From Spirochaetia bacterium (GTDB taxonomy: Bacteria; Spirochaetota; Spirochaetia; UBA9216), in the NCBI GenBank assembly GCA_963677925.2, contig CAXXYH010000004.1, positions 2,432,001 to 2,496,000 of the forward strand: a stretch of DNA of 64,000 nt, written 5' to 3'. Positions within the stretch are counted from its first letter, which is position 1. The number at the start of each line of letters is the position of its first letter. A model generated the notes under the pieces. That model saw nothing but the letters and a program-made list of their open reading frames with translations, searched no databases and was not told the origin of the DNA. Of this stretch, positions 9,562 to 19,767 are shown piece after piece. A program made the position numbers and the translations under genes.

Positions 9562-10833
9562 ATGGAGGCCAGGATGACATCACGTGAAAGGGTACTTGCT
9601 TCAATCGAACATAAAACACCGGATCAGGTTCCTGTTGATCTCGGAGCAACACCAAGTTCAGGTATTTCTGTTAAAGCTTACCAGAACTTCACCTCCTATA
9701 TGGGATATGACAGCAGTCCCAAGGTTTATGATGTGGTTCAGCAGCTTGTGCTTCCGGAAGCCCCGGTAATAGATTTTGCCGGTGTTGACGTCCTAGATAT
9801 AGCCCAGGCGTATGTAAACACAGAAGATTCTACCGACTCTGACTGGACGCCTGTACCAGGCAATGAAACAGCTTTTTACCCATCCTGGTTTAAACCTGTG
9901 CGGAATTCTTCCGGCGGCTGGGATGCCTTTCATGAAGACGGTACAAAAATCGCTTCCATGCCGGCAGGAGCCTCCTTTTATGATCAGACCTGCTTTCCCT
10001 GGGAATCAGGTTACCCCGATTCCCGGACGGCAATGAGTGATGCACTGGATGAAGCGATGGATAAAGTTTTATGGCAGAAACTCGTCCATTCACCATGGGA
10101 CAGGGCTTCGGCTACTGATTTCTGGGATGAGCTGAGACATAAAAGTATAAAACTTCAGCAGGCGAGCGGGAAGGCTCTGATGATAGTTTGCGGATGCAAT
10201 CTTTTTGAATGGGGTACATTCCTCCGGCGGATGGACAATTTCCTAATGGATATCTACCTTGAAAAAGATAACGTGATGCTCCTTATGGAACTGTTGATGG
10301 AAAAACATATGGCTACTCTTGAGAGAGTATGCGCATCGGTAGGAGATACAATAGATATTCTCCGCTTCGGTGATGATCTAGGAATGGATACCGGACCCTT
10401 TATGAGAATTGATGCCTACCGGGAACTTTTTCATGATCACCGTAAACGCCTCTGTTCCTATGTTCATGAAAACAGCAGCATGCATACATTTCTGCATTCC
10501 TGCGGCTCCATCTACCAGTATCTGCCTGATCTTATCGATTCCGGAATTGAAATTATCAATCCTGTACAGACAAACTGCCGTGACATGGATCCTGTACAGT
10601 TAAAATCAGAGTTTGGCGACGATATAGTCTTCTGGGGCGCCGGAGCTGATACACGTGAAATCCTGAACAGCGGGACCCCGCAGCAGGTCAGAACTGATGT
10701 ACTTAACCGCATGGAGATATTTTCTAAAAATGGAGGTTTCGTTTTTAACACAATCCATAATATACTGGGAGATGTACCGCCGCAGAATATCGAAGCAATG
10801 TTCAATGCGGTTAAAGAATTTAATTTGAAGTGA
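9562..10833 (+). CDS. Uroporphyrinogen decarboxylase/MtaA-CmuA methyltransferase superfamily protein
   Basis: MTSRERVLAS start, GDDLG, FLHSCGS, INPVQT, FWGAG, GGFVFNTIHNI motifs. Confidence 0.85.
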   Translation: MEARMTSRERVLASIEHKTPDQVPVDLGATPSSGISVKAYQNFTSYMGYDSSPKVYDVVQQLVLPEAPVIDFAGVDVLDIAQAYVNTEDSTDSDWTPVPGNETAFYPSWFKPVRNSSGGWDAFHEDGTKIASMPAGASFYDQTCFPWESGYPDSRTAMSDALDEAMDKVLWQKLVHSPWDRASATDFWDELRHKSIKLQQASGKALMIVCGCNLFEWGTFLRRMDNFLMDIYLEKDNVMLLMELLMEKHMATLERVCASVGDTIDILRFGDDLGMDTGPFMRIDAYRELFHDHRKRLCSYVHENSSMHTFLHSCGSIYQYLPDLIDSGIEIINPVQTNCRDMDPVQLKSEFGDDIVFWGAGADTREILNSGTPQQVRTDVLNRMEIFSKNGGFVFNTIHNILGDVPPQNIEAMFNAVKEFNLK

Positions 10834-10841
10834 GGTCTTCC

Positions 10842-11267
10842 ATGATCAAAAAAATCCTTATAGCTGTTAATGACAACGAGACCAGCACTGAGATTCTTGA
10901 TACCGGGTTTGCCCTTGCTGAACAGCTCGGAGCAGAAGTTGGTATTGTCGATGTAGCCAGGCTTTCATTCGGGTATATAGACGCGGGAATCTATGCAAGG
11001 CAGATAGAAGAGGTAAACCTCAATATAGCAAAACACACGGTTAAATCAATTAAAGAGAAATACCCGGGTAAGATTGCAGCAGATTTTGAACCTGTAGGTG
11101 ATCCGGTCAGTGAGATAAGAAAAATTTTGGATGAATGGGGTGCCGACTTGATAATTATCGGACATCATCAGCGTTCTGTCTTTCGAAAGATTGCTGATAC
11201 AAGTCAGGAAAGAAGGCTGATTAACCAGATTGATGTTCCGGTAATGGTAGTTCCATGCTGTAATTAG
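10842..11267 (+). CDS. Universal stress protein (USP), paralog 1
   Basis: MIKKILIAVND, GDPVSEI, ADLIIIGHH, VPVMVVP. Confidence 0.88.
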   Translation: MIKKILIAVNDNETSTEILDTGFALAEQLGAEVGIVDVARLSFGYIDAGIYARQIEEVNLNIAKHTVKSIKEKYPGKIAADFEPVGDPVSEIRKILDEWGADLIIIGHHQRSVFRKIADTSQERRLINQIDVPVMVVPCCN

Positions 11268-12057
11268 TCCGGTATTCCCTCGGCGGAATGCCTTTAGACT
11301 GTTTAAAACTTTTACTGAAGTGAAATTCGCTGTAAAAGCAGAGTCTTTCTGAAATTTCATAAATCGGCATGCCGGTGCTAATCAGCATTGAAGATGCAGC
11401 TTCTATTTTCAGATGATTCAAATATTTCATCGGTGTTGTATTCATCTTCCTGCTGAAAAGCCTTATCAGGTATGATTTATTGAGTTTGAGCCTGTCGGCC
11501 AGCTCATCCAGACTGAGCCTGCTGAAGACATTGTTCTGCATAATTTTGAGTGCCTTTTCAATGTGGGCGTTCGCACTATCGCTGTAATGAAAAGAACCGG
11601 GCCCCTCAGTCATCATATATAGAAAGGATATAAACTGATGAATACCCGAGTTCATTCTTGAACGGTTATTCGATAGAAATTTGTCCTTCAGCTCCTCAAA
11701 GAAAAACCTGTAATTTGTACCGATATTATAGTATTTTTTTCTACCCATGAGTTCAGTCATCAGGTTTGTAATTTCTTCATCACTCGTGTCTGTTCTAAAT
11801 AAAATTGCATAGTAGGTGACAGGATTGGTTTTTGACGCCGGAATGATGGTATGAGTATCTCCCGGTGATGAGAAAAACAGCGAGCCCTGATTTAAGGTCC
11901 AGGTGACCCCTGCATTCTTGAAGCTGCCTGCTCCCTGAATAAAATAATGAAGTTCATATTCAGTATCGCTGTGTCTGTGTGTCCTGCTGTGCCAGCGCAG
12001 CTGATCTTCATCCTGCAGTAGATACACAAATACAGCATCTGAAATTGATATCTGCAT
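11221..12057 (-). CDS. AraC family transcriptional regulator, probable xylose regulator
   Basis: N-terminal cupin (HRHSDTEYELHY), C-terminal double HTH (LDELADRLKLNKSYLIRLF...HFSKSFKQSKGIPPREYR); divergent from xylB; start uncertain (12057 or 12078). Confidence 0.85.
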   Translation of the reverse strand: MQISISDAVFVYLLQDEDQLRWHSRTHRHSDTEYELHYFIQGAGSFKNAGVTWTLNQGSLFFSSPGDTHTIIPASKTNPVTYYAILFRTDTSDEEITNLMTELMGRKKYYNIGTNYRFFFEELKDKFLSNNRSRMNSGIHQFISFLYMMTEGPGSFHYSDSANAHIEKALKIMQNNVFSRLSLDELADRLKLNKSYLIRLFSRKMNTTPMKYLNHLKIEAASSMLISTGMPIYEISERLCFYSEFHFSKSFKQSKGIPPREYRTNYSMELPLPEHQSG

Positions 12058-12178
12058 ATACAGAAAATAACATTTCAAAAAGTTAATGTCAATTTTATAT
12101 ATGAAACCTCAATCCTTTCCATATTAAAAGACAGCAACCGAATATAAACTTTTATATAGATCAAATACAGGAGGTCTT

Positions 12179-13669
12179 ATGGAAACAGTACTGGGTATTG
12201 ATATGGGAACACAGAGCATTAAATTCCTCGTATATGACTATAAGCAGAAGAAGACAGTTGCGCTTACGCAGCAGAAACTTGATATTATTTCAGAATCGGA
12301 CGGTACAAGTGAGCAGAAAGCGGAATGGTGGATAGACGCTGCTGTGAAATGCGCACAGGATATATCTCCGGATATCCTGAAATCGGTGAAGGCTGTCGGT
12401 GTCTCGGGTCAGCAGCACGGTTTTGTCCCGCTTGATAATGAAGGAAAGACAGTTTACAACGTAAAACTCTGGAATGATGTATCAACGGCTGCAGAGTGTG
12501 ATGAAATAACTGCAGCTTTCGGGGGAGAGGAAAAACTTATTTCCGAGGCGGGCAATAAGATACTTCCCGGATACACCGCACCAAAGGTTCTCTGGCTTAA
12601 AAAGAACCGGCCGGAGGCGTATAGTAAGCTCTCGCATATCCTTCTTCCCCACGATTACATGAATTTCTTTCTGACCGGAGAGTATTCAGCCGAATATGGT
12701 GATGCTTCGGGAACCGCTTTTCTGGATGTCAGAAAACGACGATGGTCTGAAGATGTGCTTAAGGCGCTTGACCCGGACAGAGCACTGCTGGAATGTCTGC
12801 CTGAGCTCAGAGAAGCCTCAGCTTCTGCAGGAACAGTAACAGCCGGGGCCGCTGCAGCCTTCGGAATCCCCGCAGGTATTCCTGTATCTTCGGGCGGCGG
12901 AGATAATATGATGGGTGCCGTTGGTACCGGAACCGTCCGCGAAGGTGTTATGACAATGAGTCTGGGCACATCCGGAACAATTTATGTCCATGGTGATTCC
13001 CCGCTTATTGATCCTGAAGGTAATCTTGCAGCTTTCTGCTCATCAACAGGCGGATGGCTGCCTCTGCTGTGCACAATGAACTGTACAGTGGCTACTGAAA
13101 AGATCAGAACGCTTTTTGATATGGAGCACGAGACACTCACAAAGCTGGCAGCTGAAACTGTGCCGGGTTCAAACGGGGTTATAGTCCTGCCGTATTTCAG
13201 CGGGGAACGTACACCGAGCCTTCCTAACGGGCGCGGCGTAATAGCCGGTCTGAATATGAATAATGTAAATCAGTCAAACATTACACGTGCAGCTATGGAA
13301 TCTGCAGTATTCGGGCTGAAATTAGGCTATGAGTCGCTTCAGGCTCTGGGTGTTAAAACAGAGGAAGTCAGGCTTATAGGCGGAGGTTCAAAAAACCCGG
13401 TGTGGCGTCAGATAGCCGCTGATGTGCTTAATGCAGAGGTTGTCACTCCGGTAAATGAGGAAGCCGCCGCATTCGGTGCAGCCCTTCAGGCGCTTTGGAT
13501 GCTGGAAACCGGAGGAACCGGCCGGGGTATCGAAGAAATTACAGATGTACATATACGGCTTGATGAGCAAAATACCGTAATACCGGAAGCCTCTTCCGTA
13601 AATGAATATGAATCAGTTTACAGAGAATACAAAAGCTATCTGGAACTGTTAAAACCAAAATTTGAATAA
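12179..13669 (+). CDS. xylB: Xylulokinase
   Basis: FGGY kinase: [36 protein letters not shown]; adjacent to xylA. Confidence 0.93.
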   Translation: METVLGIDMGTQSIKFLVYDYKQKKTVALTQQKLDIISESDGTSEQKAEWWIDAAVKCAQDISPDILKSVKAVGVSGQQHGFVPLDNEGKTVYNVKLWNDVSTAAECDEITAAFGGEEKLISEAGNKILPGYTAPKVLWLKKNRPEAYSKLSHILLPHDYMNFFLTGEYSAEYGDASGTAFLDVRKRRWSEDVLKALDPDRALLECLPELREASASAGTVTAGAAAAFGIPAGIPVSSGGGDNMMGAVGTGTVREGVMTMSLGTSGTIYVHGDSPLIDPEGNLAAFCSSTGGWLPLLCTMNCTVATEKIRTLFDMEHETLTKLAAETVPGSNGVIVLPYFSGERTPSLPNGRGVIAGLNMNNVNQSNITRAAMESAVFGLKLGYESLQALGVKTEEVRLIGGGSKNPVWRQIAADVLNAEVVTPVNEEAAAFGAALQALWMLETGGTGRGIEEITDVHIRLDEQNTVIPEASSVNEYESVYREYKSYLELLKPKFE

Positions 13670-13688
13670 TTGCCAGGAGGAAAAGATT

Positions 13689-15026
13689 ATGTCGAATTTT
13701 TACAAGGGAAACAAAGAATACTTTGAGGGAATAGGGAAAATTAATTACGAAGGACCTGCCTCTGATAATCCGCTTGCATTTAAATTCTACGATGAGAATA
13801 AAGTCATCGGGGGGAAGACCATGAAAGAGCAGTTGAGGTTTGCAATAGCCTACTGGCATTCTTTCTGCGGTGACGGAGGTGATCCCTTTGGAGGAAGGAC
13901 TCACTTCTTTCCCTGGGATATGAAGTCTGATCCCGTGGATGCTGCAATGGATAAACTTGACGCAGCTTTTGAATTTTTTACAAAGATCGGTGCTCCCTTC
14001 TACTGCTTTCATGACAGGGACCTTGCTCCTGAAGGAGCTTCGGTTACAGAGTCTGAAAAGAATCTGCAGACATTGATAGAAGCGGCAAAAGAAAGGCAGG
14101 ATGCTACAGGTGTCAAACTGCTCTGGGGAACTGCAAATCTCTTCGGACATCCGCGTTACATGAACGGTGCTTTCACAAACCCTGATTTTAATGTTGTTGC
14201 TCATGCTGCGGCACAGGTTAAGGCTGCCATAGATGCTACAATTTACCTCGGCGGCGACGGCTACGTTTTCTGGGGCGGCCGTGAGGGCTATATGAGCCTG
14301 CTTAATACCGATATGAAGCGTGAAAAAGACCATCTTCTCAAGGCGCTTACCGCAGCACGTGATTACGGCCGGAAAGCCGGGTTCAAGGGCATGTTCATGA
14401 TAGAACCTAAACCCATGGAACCTTCAAAACATCAGTATGACTATGATACAGAGACTGTTGTAAGCTTCCTAAAGCAGAACGGTCTTGACAGTGATTTCCG
14501 TCTGAATATTGAAAATAACCATGCAACCCTCGCCGGACATACCTTCTGGCATGATCTGCAGGTTGCTGTAGATGCCGGAATGCTCGGCAGTATTGATGCA
14601 AATCAGGGAGATTATCAGAACGGCTGGGATACAGATCAGTTTCCCACAAGTGTCTATGAAACAACAAGAGCAATGATGGTTGTCCTTGAAAACGGAGGTC
14701 TTGGAAAAGGCGGACTCAATTTTGATGCAAAAATCAGAAGAAACTCCACAGATCCTGCAGATCTTTTTATAGCTCACATCGGAGGTATGGATGCTTTTGC
14801 TCTCGGACTGGAAGCAGCATACAAGGTGAGAAATGAAAGCAGCATTCCTTCAATGCTTAAAGACCGCTACAGCTCATTTGACAGTGGAAATGGTGCTGAC
14901 TTTGAGGCAGGAAAACTCGGCCTTGAAGCGCTCAGGGACCTTGCTGCAGCCTCCGGGGAACCTGAAATGCTCAGCGGCAGACAGGAACTTTACGAAAATA
15001 TCCTCAACAGCATACTGTTCAGATAA
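13689..15026 (+). CDS. xylA: Xylose isomerase (class II)
   Basis: [53 protein letters not shown]; RBS AGGAGG before ATG 13689. Confidence 0.97.
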   Translation: MSNFYKGNKEYFEGIGKINYEGPASDNPLAFKFYDENKVIGGKTMKEQLRFAIAYWHSFCGDGGDPFGGRTHFFPWDMKSDPVDAAMDKLDAAFEFFTKIGAPFYCFHDRDLAPEGASVTESEKNLQTLIEAAKERQDATGVKLLWGTANLFGHPRYMNGAFTNPDFNVVAHAAAQVKAAIDATIYLGGDGYVFWGGREGYMSLLNTDMKREKDHLLKALTAARDYGRKAGFKGMFMIEPKPMEPSKHQYDYDTETVVSFLKQNGLDSDFRLNIENNHATLAGHTFWHDLQVAVDAGMLGSIDANQGDYQNGWDTDQFPTSVYETTRAMMVVLENGGLGKGGLNFDAKIRRNSTDPADLFIAHIGGMDAFALGLEAAYKVRNESSIPSMLKDRYSSFDSGNGADFEAGKLGLEALRDLAAASGEPEMLSGRQELYENILNSILFR

Positions 15027-15135
15027 AATTCCTCATTTTTGCCTTTGCCGGCGGTATTTATTATATTTAATATATACCGCTGGTAAACTTGAAACCTGTA
15101 GGTACGGTAAATTCATTAATTGGTGAGGTGGAATT

Positions 15136-15564
15136 ATGATCACTAAAATTCTAATCGCTGTGAATGATGAAGAAGCTGGGACAGGATACATTCAGGATGC
15201 ATTTGAAATCGCCGATAAATTCGGCGGTGAAATAGCCCTTATTGATGTTGCTCAGCTTGTCATCGAATATTCAGAAGCCGGAAGAATGGTCGCTCCGGTA
15301 GAGAATGTTAATATTGAGATTGCAGAGAACACAGTAAACGCGGTTAAAAAGCGTTTTCCAGGACGTGTTTCAGCTGACTTTGAGCCTGAAGGGGATCCGG
15401 TTACTGAAATACGGCGTATCATCGGGGAATGGAAGGCTGATATGCTTATTGTCGGTCATCATAAGAAGTCTTTCTTCCAGAAAATGTCTGATACGAGCAG
15501 GGAAAAACGGCTTATCAACAACATCGACATACCGGTTCTGGTTCTTCCCTGTGTAGAGCAGTAA
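15136..15564 (+). CDS. Universal stress protein (USP), paralog 2
   Basis: MITKILIAVND, GDPVTEI, ADMLIVGHH, IPVLVLP; colinear with 10842..11267. Confidence 0.88.
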   Translation: MITKILIAVNDEEAGTGYIQDAFEIADKFGGEIALIDVAQLVIEYSEAGRMVAPVENVNIEIAENTVNAVKKRFPGRVSADFEPEGDPVTEIRRIIGEWKADMLIVGHHKKSFFQKMSDTSREKRLINNIDIPVLVLPCVEQ

Positions 15565-15634
15565 GCAAAAAGGTCAGCTAAGCTTAGCTTCTCTTTTGCT
15601 TTGTAAAAGATATAAAAATAAAATCAGATTCATC

Positions 15635-15661
15635 TTAAGACATTTTTTCGTATTCCGATAT
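15635..15661 (+). promoter_or_regulatory. Possible sigma28 (FliA) promoter of flgF-flgG-flgJ
   Basis: TTAA-N15-TCCGATAT versus consensus TAAA-N15-GCCGATAA, upstream of a flagellar operon. Confidence 0.4.
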
Positions 15662-15690
15662 TTACTATAGAAGTATTTGCGGAGGAAAAA

Positions 15691-16536
15691 ATGCTTAGAG
15701 GCTTATATACAGGCGCAAGCGGAATGCAGGCTCAGATTCATAAAATGGATGCCCTTGCCAATAATCTTGCTAATGTTGACACAACAGGATACAAAAAAGA
15801 CACATCAGTACAGAAGGCCTTTCCGCAGATGCTCATCCGCAGAATGAACGATGAAGTATATAAGTTTCCTTTCGGTTCTGTGGATACTACTCCTGAAGTT
15901 GGAAAGCTTGGAACCGGCGTGGAATTAAATGAAATATATACTCAGTTTTCACAGGGGTCCTTAAAGGAAACCTCAAACCCCTTTGATATAGCTCTGGACG
16001 GCGCCGGTTTTTTTACTATAGAAACCCCCATGGGTGAAAGGTACACGAGAAACGGAACCTTCCTTATCGATGATAACGGTATGCTTGTAACAAAAGAGGG
16101 GCTGCCTGTAGAAGGTGAAAACGGTCATATCTACCTCAAAAAGAACAATTTTGTTATAGATAAGCAGGGAAGGGTCTTTCAGAATAAAGACCTGGCCGAT
16201 GATCCTCAGCGTCTTGTTTCGATGGAAGAAAACGACTGGGCCAATCTTGAACAAGTGGATACCCTGAAAATAGTTGATTTCCGTCGTCCCAGATATCTCG
16301 ACAAGCAGGGGCAGTCACTTTGGTCAGCCAACGATGAATCCGGAGCTCCCAGGGCTGTTGAACTCGGCGGTACAACGAAAACTATTCAGGGCTTCCTGGA
16401 AACTGCAAATGTAAATCCTGTTACCGAAATGGTAAGTATGATAAGCGTCAACAGAGCATATGAAGCAAACCAGAAAGTAATACAGGCACACGATGCCATG
16501 ACCGATAAACTTATAAATCAGGCAGCAAGGGTATAG
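15691..16536 (+). CDS. flgF: Flagellar basal-body rod protein FlgF/FlhO
   Basis: ANNLANVDTTGYK, YTRNG, LETANVNPVTEMV...RAYEAN rod-protein termini; precedes flgG. Confidence 0.82.
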   Translation: MLRGLYTGASGMQAQIHKMDALANNLANVDTTGYKKDTSVQKAFPQMLIRRMNDEVYKFPFGSVDTTPEVGKLGTGVELNEIYTQFSQGSLKETSNPFDIALDGAGFFTIETPMGERYTRNGTFLIDDNGMLVTKEGLPVEGENGHIYLKKNNFVIDKQGRVFQNKDLADDPQRLVSMEENDWANLEQVDTLKIVDFRRPRYLDKQGQSLWSANDESGAPRAVELGGTTKTIQGFLETANVNPVTEMVSMISVNRAYEANQKVIQAHDAMTDKLINQAARV

Positions 16537-16549
16537 GGGGTAAAAAGTC

Positions 16550-17344
16550 ATGATGAGATCACTTTACACAGCAGCATCAGGAATGACAGGACAGCAGTAC
16601 AATATTGATACTATTTCAAATAACCTGTCCAACGTTAATACGACAGGATTCAAGCAGAACCGTGTTGATTTTGAAGACCTCCTCTACCAGACAACCAGAG
16701 TTGCCGGAACCCCGGCTACAGAGCTCACAGTGGTGCCTACAGGTGTTCAGGTGGGTCATGGTGTAAGAGTAGCTGCTACCCAGAAAATGTATACTCAGGG
16801 CGCTCTTCAGAATACCGGCAATGTATCGGATGTAGCCATTACCGGCGAAGGTTTTATGAGAGTACTCCTTATGGACGGCTCCTACGGCTATACAAGAGAC
16901 GGTGCTCTTAAAATTGACTCTAACGGTCAGATTGTAACTTCCAACGGATATAAACTGATGCCTGAGGTTGTCCTTCCTGAAGGATTTGAAAGAGACTCTC
17001 TTACTATTACCCAGGATGGACGAATTACTGTAAAGGTTCCAGGAAGCGACGATCCAATCCTTGTCGGCCAGATGCAGCTTTACCGTTTTGTAAACCCTGC
17101 AGGTCTTTCCGCCATTGGTGAAAACCTTTTAAAGGTAACAAACGCTTCAGGTGACCCGATAGGCGGTCGACCCGGGTTTGACGGAATGGGAAAGATACAG
17201 CATAAGTTCCTTGAAATGTCGAATGTTTCAGTTGTTCAGGAAATGGTAAATATGATTGTTGCCCAGCGTGCCTATGAACTTAACTCAAAGGCCATCCAGA
17301 CATCAGACTCAATGCTCCAGATTGCAAATAACTTAAAGAGATAA
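16550..17344 (+). CDS. flgG: Flagellar basal-body distal rod protein FlgG
   Basis: SNNLSNVNTTGFK, FEDLLYQ, GVQVGHG, YTRDG, LEMSNVSVVQEMVNMIVAQRAYELNSKAI. Confidence 0.95.
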   Translation: MMRSLYTAASGMTGQQYNIDTISNNLSNVNTTGFKQNRVDFEDLLYQTTRVAGTPATELTVVPTGVQVGHGVRVAATQKMYTQGALQNTGNVSDVAITGEGFMRVLLMDGSYGYTRDGALKIDSNGQIVTSNGYKLMPEVVLPEGFERDSLTITQDGRITVKVPGSDDPILVGQMQLYRFVNPAGLSAIGENLLKVTNASGDPIGGRPGFDGMGKIQHKFLEMSNVSVVQEMVNMIVAQRAYELNSKAIQTSDSMLQIANNLKR

Positions 17345-17347
17345 TAG

Positions 17348-17671
17348 ATGGAAATAGCAGATATCGCTGATCTTCAGTATAGAAACCTTAAAACCTCTGA
17401 TGCGGGAAATATCCTTAATAAGAAAATGCAGAATGAAGCAGAAGCCAAAAAGCTTAAAGATGCCTGCAGAGATTTCGAGTCTCTTTTTATCAAGCAGATG
17501 CTTGATTCGATGAAAAAGACTGTTAACAAGTCCGGGCTTCTTGACGGCGGAATGGCTGAGGATATATTTGAAGACATGCTCTATGATGAATACGCAACCA
17601 AAATGGCTGATACTGCTAATCTAGGTATAGCAAAAATGATGTATAAGCAGCTTTCTGCCGGGCTCCAATAA
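17348..17671 (+). CDS. flgJ: FlgJ rod-binding protein (no muramidase domain)
   Basis: LKDACRDFESLFIKQMLDSMKKT, EDIFEDMLYDEYA, GIAKMMYKQL. Confidence 0.85.
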   Translation: MEIADIADLQYRNLKTSDAGNILNKKMQNEAEAKKLKDACRDFESLFIKQMLDSMKKTVNKSGLLDGGMAEDIFEDMLYDEYATKMADTANLGIAKMMYKQLSAGLQ

Positions 17672-17890
17672 CAGGACCCGGATATTTAAATTAATTGTAA
17701 AAGTTCAAAAAACTTCATGAAAACTTGCTTCCGGGTGTTATATTCAAAGTAGTAAAATTGTTTATTTTATAACGACTCCTGTACAAAAAAGTATACATTC
17801 TTTTCTGTTTCTATTCATAGTAATTTTTGTTGAAATTATAAATCCTTGTAATATAAGTAAATATTAGCTTCTTCTTGTTGAGGTATAAGT

Positions 17891-17906
17891 TGGCACGTTT
17901 CCTGCA
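17891..17906 (+). promoter_or_regulatory. sigma54 (-24/-12) promoter of the rpoS-like gene
   Basis: TGGCACGTTTCCTGCA matches TGGCACG-N4-TTGC with correct GG/GC spacing, 24 nt before ATG. Confidence 0.8.
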
Positions 17907-17930
17907 GTATAATATGCGAGGTGATGCCAG

Positions 17931-18770
17931 ATGAATAAGAATGATAACATTCAGGACAATACTTTAAAATCTTATTTTAAACAGATTCAGAAATACCCGC
18001 TCCTTGATTTCGATCAGGAAATTGAACTTTCAAAGCGTATTCAGGCCGGTGATAGAAAAGCTGTTGAAACGCTTATTGAATCAAATCTGCGGCTGGTTGT
18101 AAAAATAGCCAAACCATATGTAAGCAGAGAAATGAGTTTTCTTGATGTGATTCAGGAAGGTAATCTCGGACTGATGAAGGCAGCTGAAAAATATGATTTC
18201 AGAAAGAATGTAAGATTTTCCACTTATGCAGCATGGTGGATCAGACAGGCCATTGTCAGAGCTATTTCAAATAAAAAGAGACCTATAAGACTTCCGCATA
18301 GAAAAGAAGAAACACTTAGAAAGATAAAACAGGCTTACTATACATTAAGTCAGTCATTCATGAGAGAGCCTAATTATAAAGAAATTGGAATTGAACTCGG
18401 AATGAGTGCAGATGAAGTCGAAACTATCCTTCAGATAAGCGGAGATGTTATATCACTTGATGCTGAAATGAATGAAGATTCAGGAACTCTGATTACAATG
18501 TTTGAAGATATGTCATACGAACCTGCTCAGACGGTAATTAAGCAGATTATGCGTGATGATACTCTCAGGACTCTTGATATTCTGCCAGAAAAAGAGAAAA
18601 AGGTTCTAATGTACCGTTATTCATTTTATGACGGTAAGAGATATACACTCAAAAAAATAGGCGACAAGTTCGGAATATCTCCTGAAACTGTAAGACAGAT
18701 AGAAATGAGAGCTCTTAAAAAGCTTGAAAAGGAAGCAGATAAGCTTAAAGAATATGTATATACCGTATAG
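17931..18770 (+). CDS. rpoS: Alternative sigma70-family factor, spirochete RpoS ortholog
   Basis: Regions 1.2-4 without region 1.1: [48 protein letters not shown]; Borrelia-like position and sigma54 promoter. Confidence 0.8.
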   Translation: MNKNDNIQDNTLKSYFKQIQKYPLLDFDQEIELSKRIQAGDRKAVETLIESNLRLVVKIAKPYVSREMSFLDVIQEGNLGLMKAAEKYDFRKNVRFSTYAAWWIRQAIVRAISNKKRPIRLPHRKEETLRKIKQAYYTLSQSFMREPNYKEIGIELGMSADEVETILQISGDVISLDAEMNEDSGTLITMFEDMSYEPAQTVIKQIMRDDTLRTLDILPEKEKKVLMYRYSFYDGKRYTLKKIGDKFGISPETVRQIEMRALKKLEKEADKLKEYVYTV

Positions 18771-18818
18771 TTTCAGTATTACTTGACGAAACGGTAATTT
18801 AATAATAACTTTTAGCCG

Positions 18819-19757
18819 GTGGTTAATAAACGCGTAAAAAAAAAGGGTTTGGGTCTCAAGGGGCTTAAACCCTATTATATTATTTCAGCTTTTATCATTA
18901 TACTGCTTGTGTTATTAATTTTTTTGATGAACAGACAGGCTCAAATTAAAAATCCGGAAAATAGTCCTTCAGTAGTTGAGTCAGGAAATAATCGGGTACC
19001 GGAAAACGTACCGGAGAAAACAATAGCAGAAACACCTGTTATGCCGGAACATCCTGAGTATCCTGAAAAAAAGGATATGGGTGATCTTGTTTTTGTAATA
19101 GATGATGTTGGAAACAGTACCGAACTGCTGAAAGCTTTTCTTGATATTCCATACCCTGTTACGTTTGCAATTATGCCTGACAGGCAATATACTGAGGAAT
19201 GTGCTGCTATGATTACAGCAGCAGGTAAAGAATATATCCTTCATCAGCCGATGGAGGCAATAGGCGATTCAGATCCTGGAGCTTCGGCTATTTATACCGG
19301 CATGAGCCGTACTGAAATTAGAGAGATTCTTGCCCATAATTTCAGTCAGCTTCCGGATGCAAAGGGCATGAATAATCATATGGGATCAAAAGCGACATCG
19401 GATCCCGAAGTAATGAGTATTGTGATGGAATATCTGTCAGAAAACGGGCTTTTTTTTCTTGATAGTTACACAATAGCCGAATCTAACTCAGCTGAAAAAG
19501 CTGCGGAAAAGTCGGTATCTTACCTTAAGAGGAATACAATGTTTTTGGACAATGAAAAGGATCAGGATTCCATTATAGAAGCAATAAACGAAGGAAAAAA
19601 AGCAGCCGGGAAAAAGGGGCATGCAGTTATGATTGGCCATGTAGTAAGCGATGAGCTTGCAAAGGCAATGCTGGAGCTGTATCCTACTTTTATTGAAGAC
19701 GGTTTTACTCTCAAGGAGATATCTGAAATCTTTCTTGAAATGAATCAGCCGGAATAG
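18819..19757 (+). CDS. Divergent polysaccharide deacetylase family protein (YibQ-like), membrane anchored
   Basis: N-terminal TM; VIDDVG, LHQPME, GMNNHMGS, FFLDSYT, FLDNE, IGH. Confidence 0.88.
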   Translation: MVNKRVKKKGLGLKGLKPYYIISAFIIILLVLLIFLMNRQAQIKNPENSPSVVESGNNRVPENVPEKTIAETPVMPEHPEYPEKKDMGDLVFVIDDVGNSTELLKAFLDIPYPVTFAIMPDRQYTEECAAMITAAGKEYILHQPMEAIGDSDPGASAIYTGMSRTEIREILAHNFSQLPDAKGMNNHMGSKATSDPEVMSIVMEYLSENGLFFLDSYTIAESNSAEKAAEKSVSYLKRNTMFLDNEKDQDSIIEAINEGKKAAGKKGHAVMIGHVVSDELAKAMLELYPTFIEDGFTLKEISEIFLEMNQPE

Positions 19758-19767
19758 ACTTACAGTT

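Noticed and set aside
13539-14333. 264-aa antisense ORF over xylA, and many 60-180-aa antisense or alternate-frame ORFs in the track
   Set aside because: They overlap well-supported genes, lack motifs and RBS, and are typical shadows of codon bias
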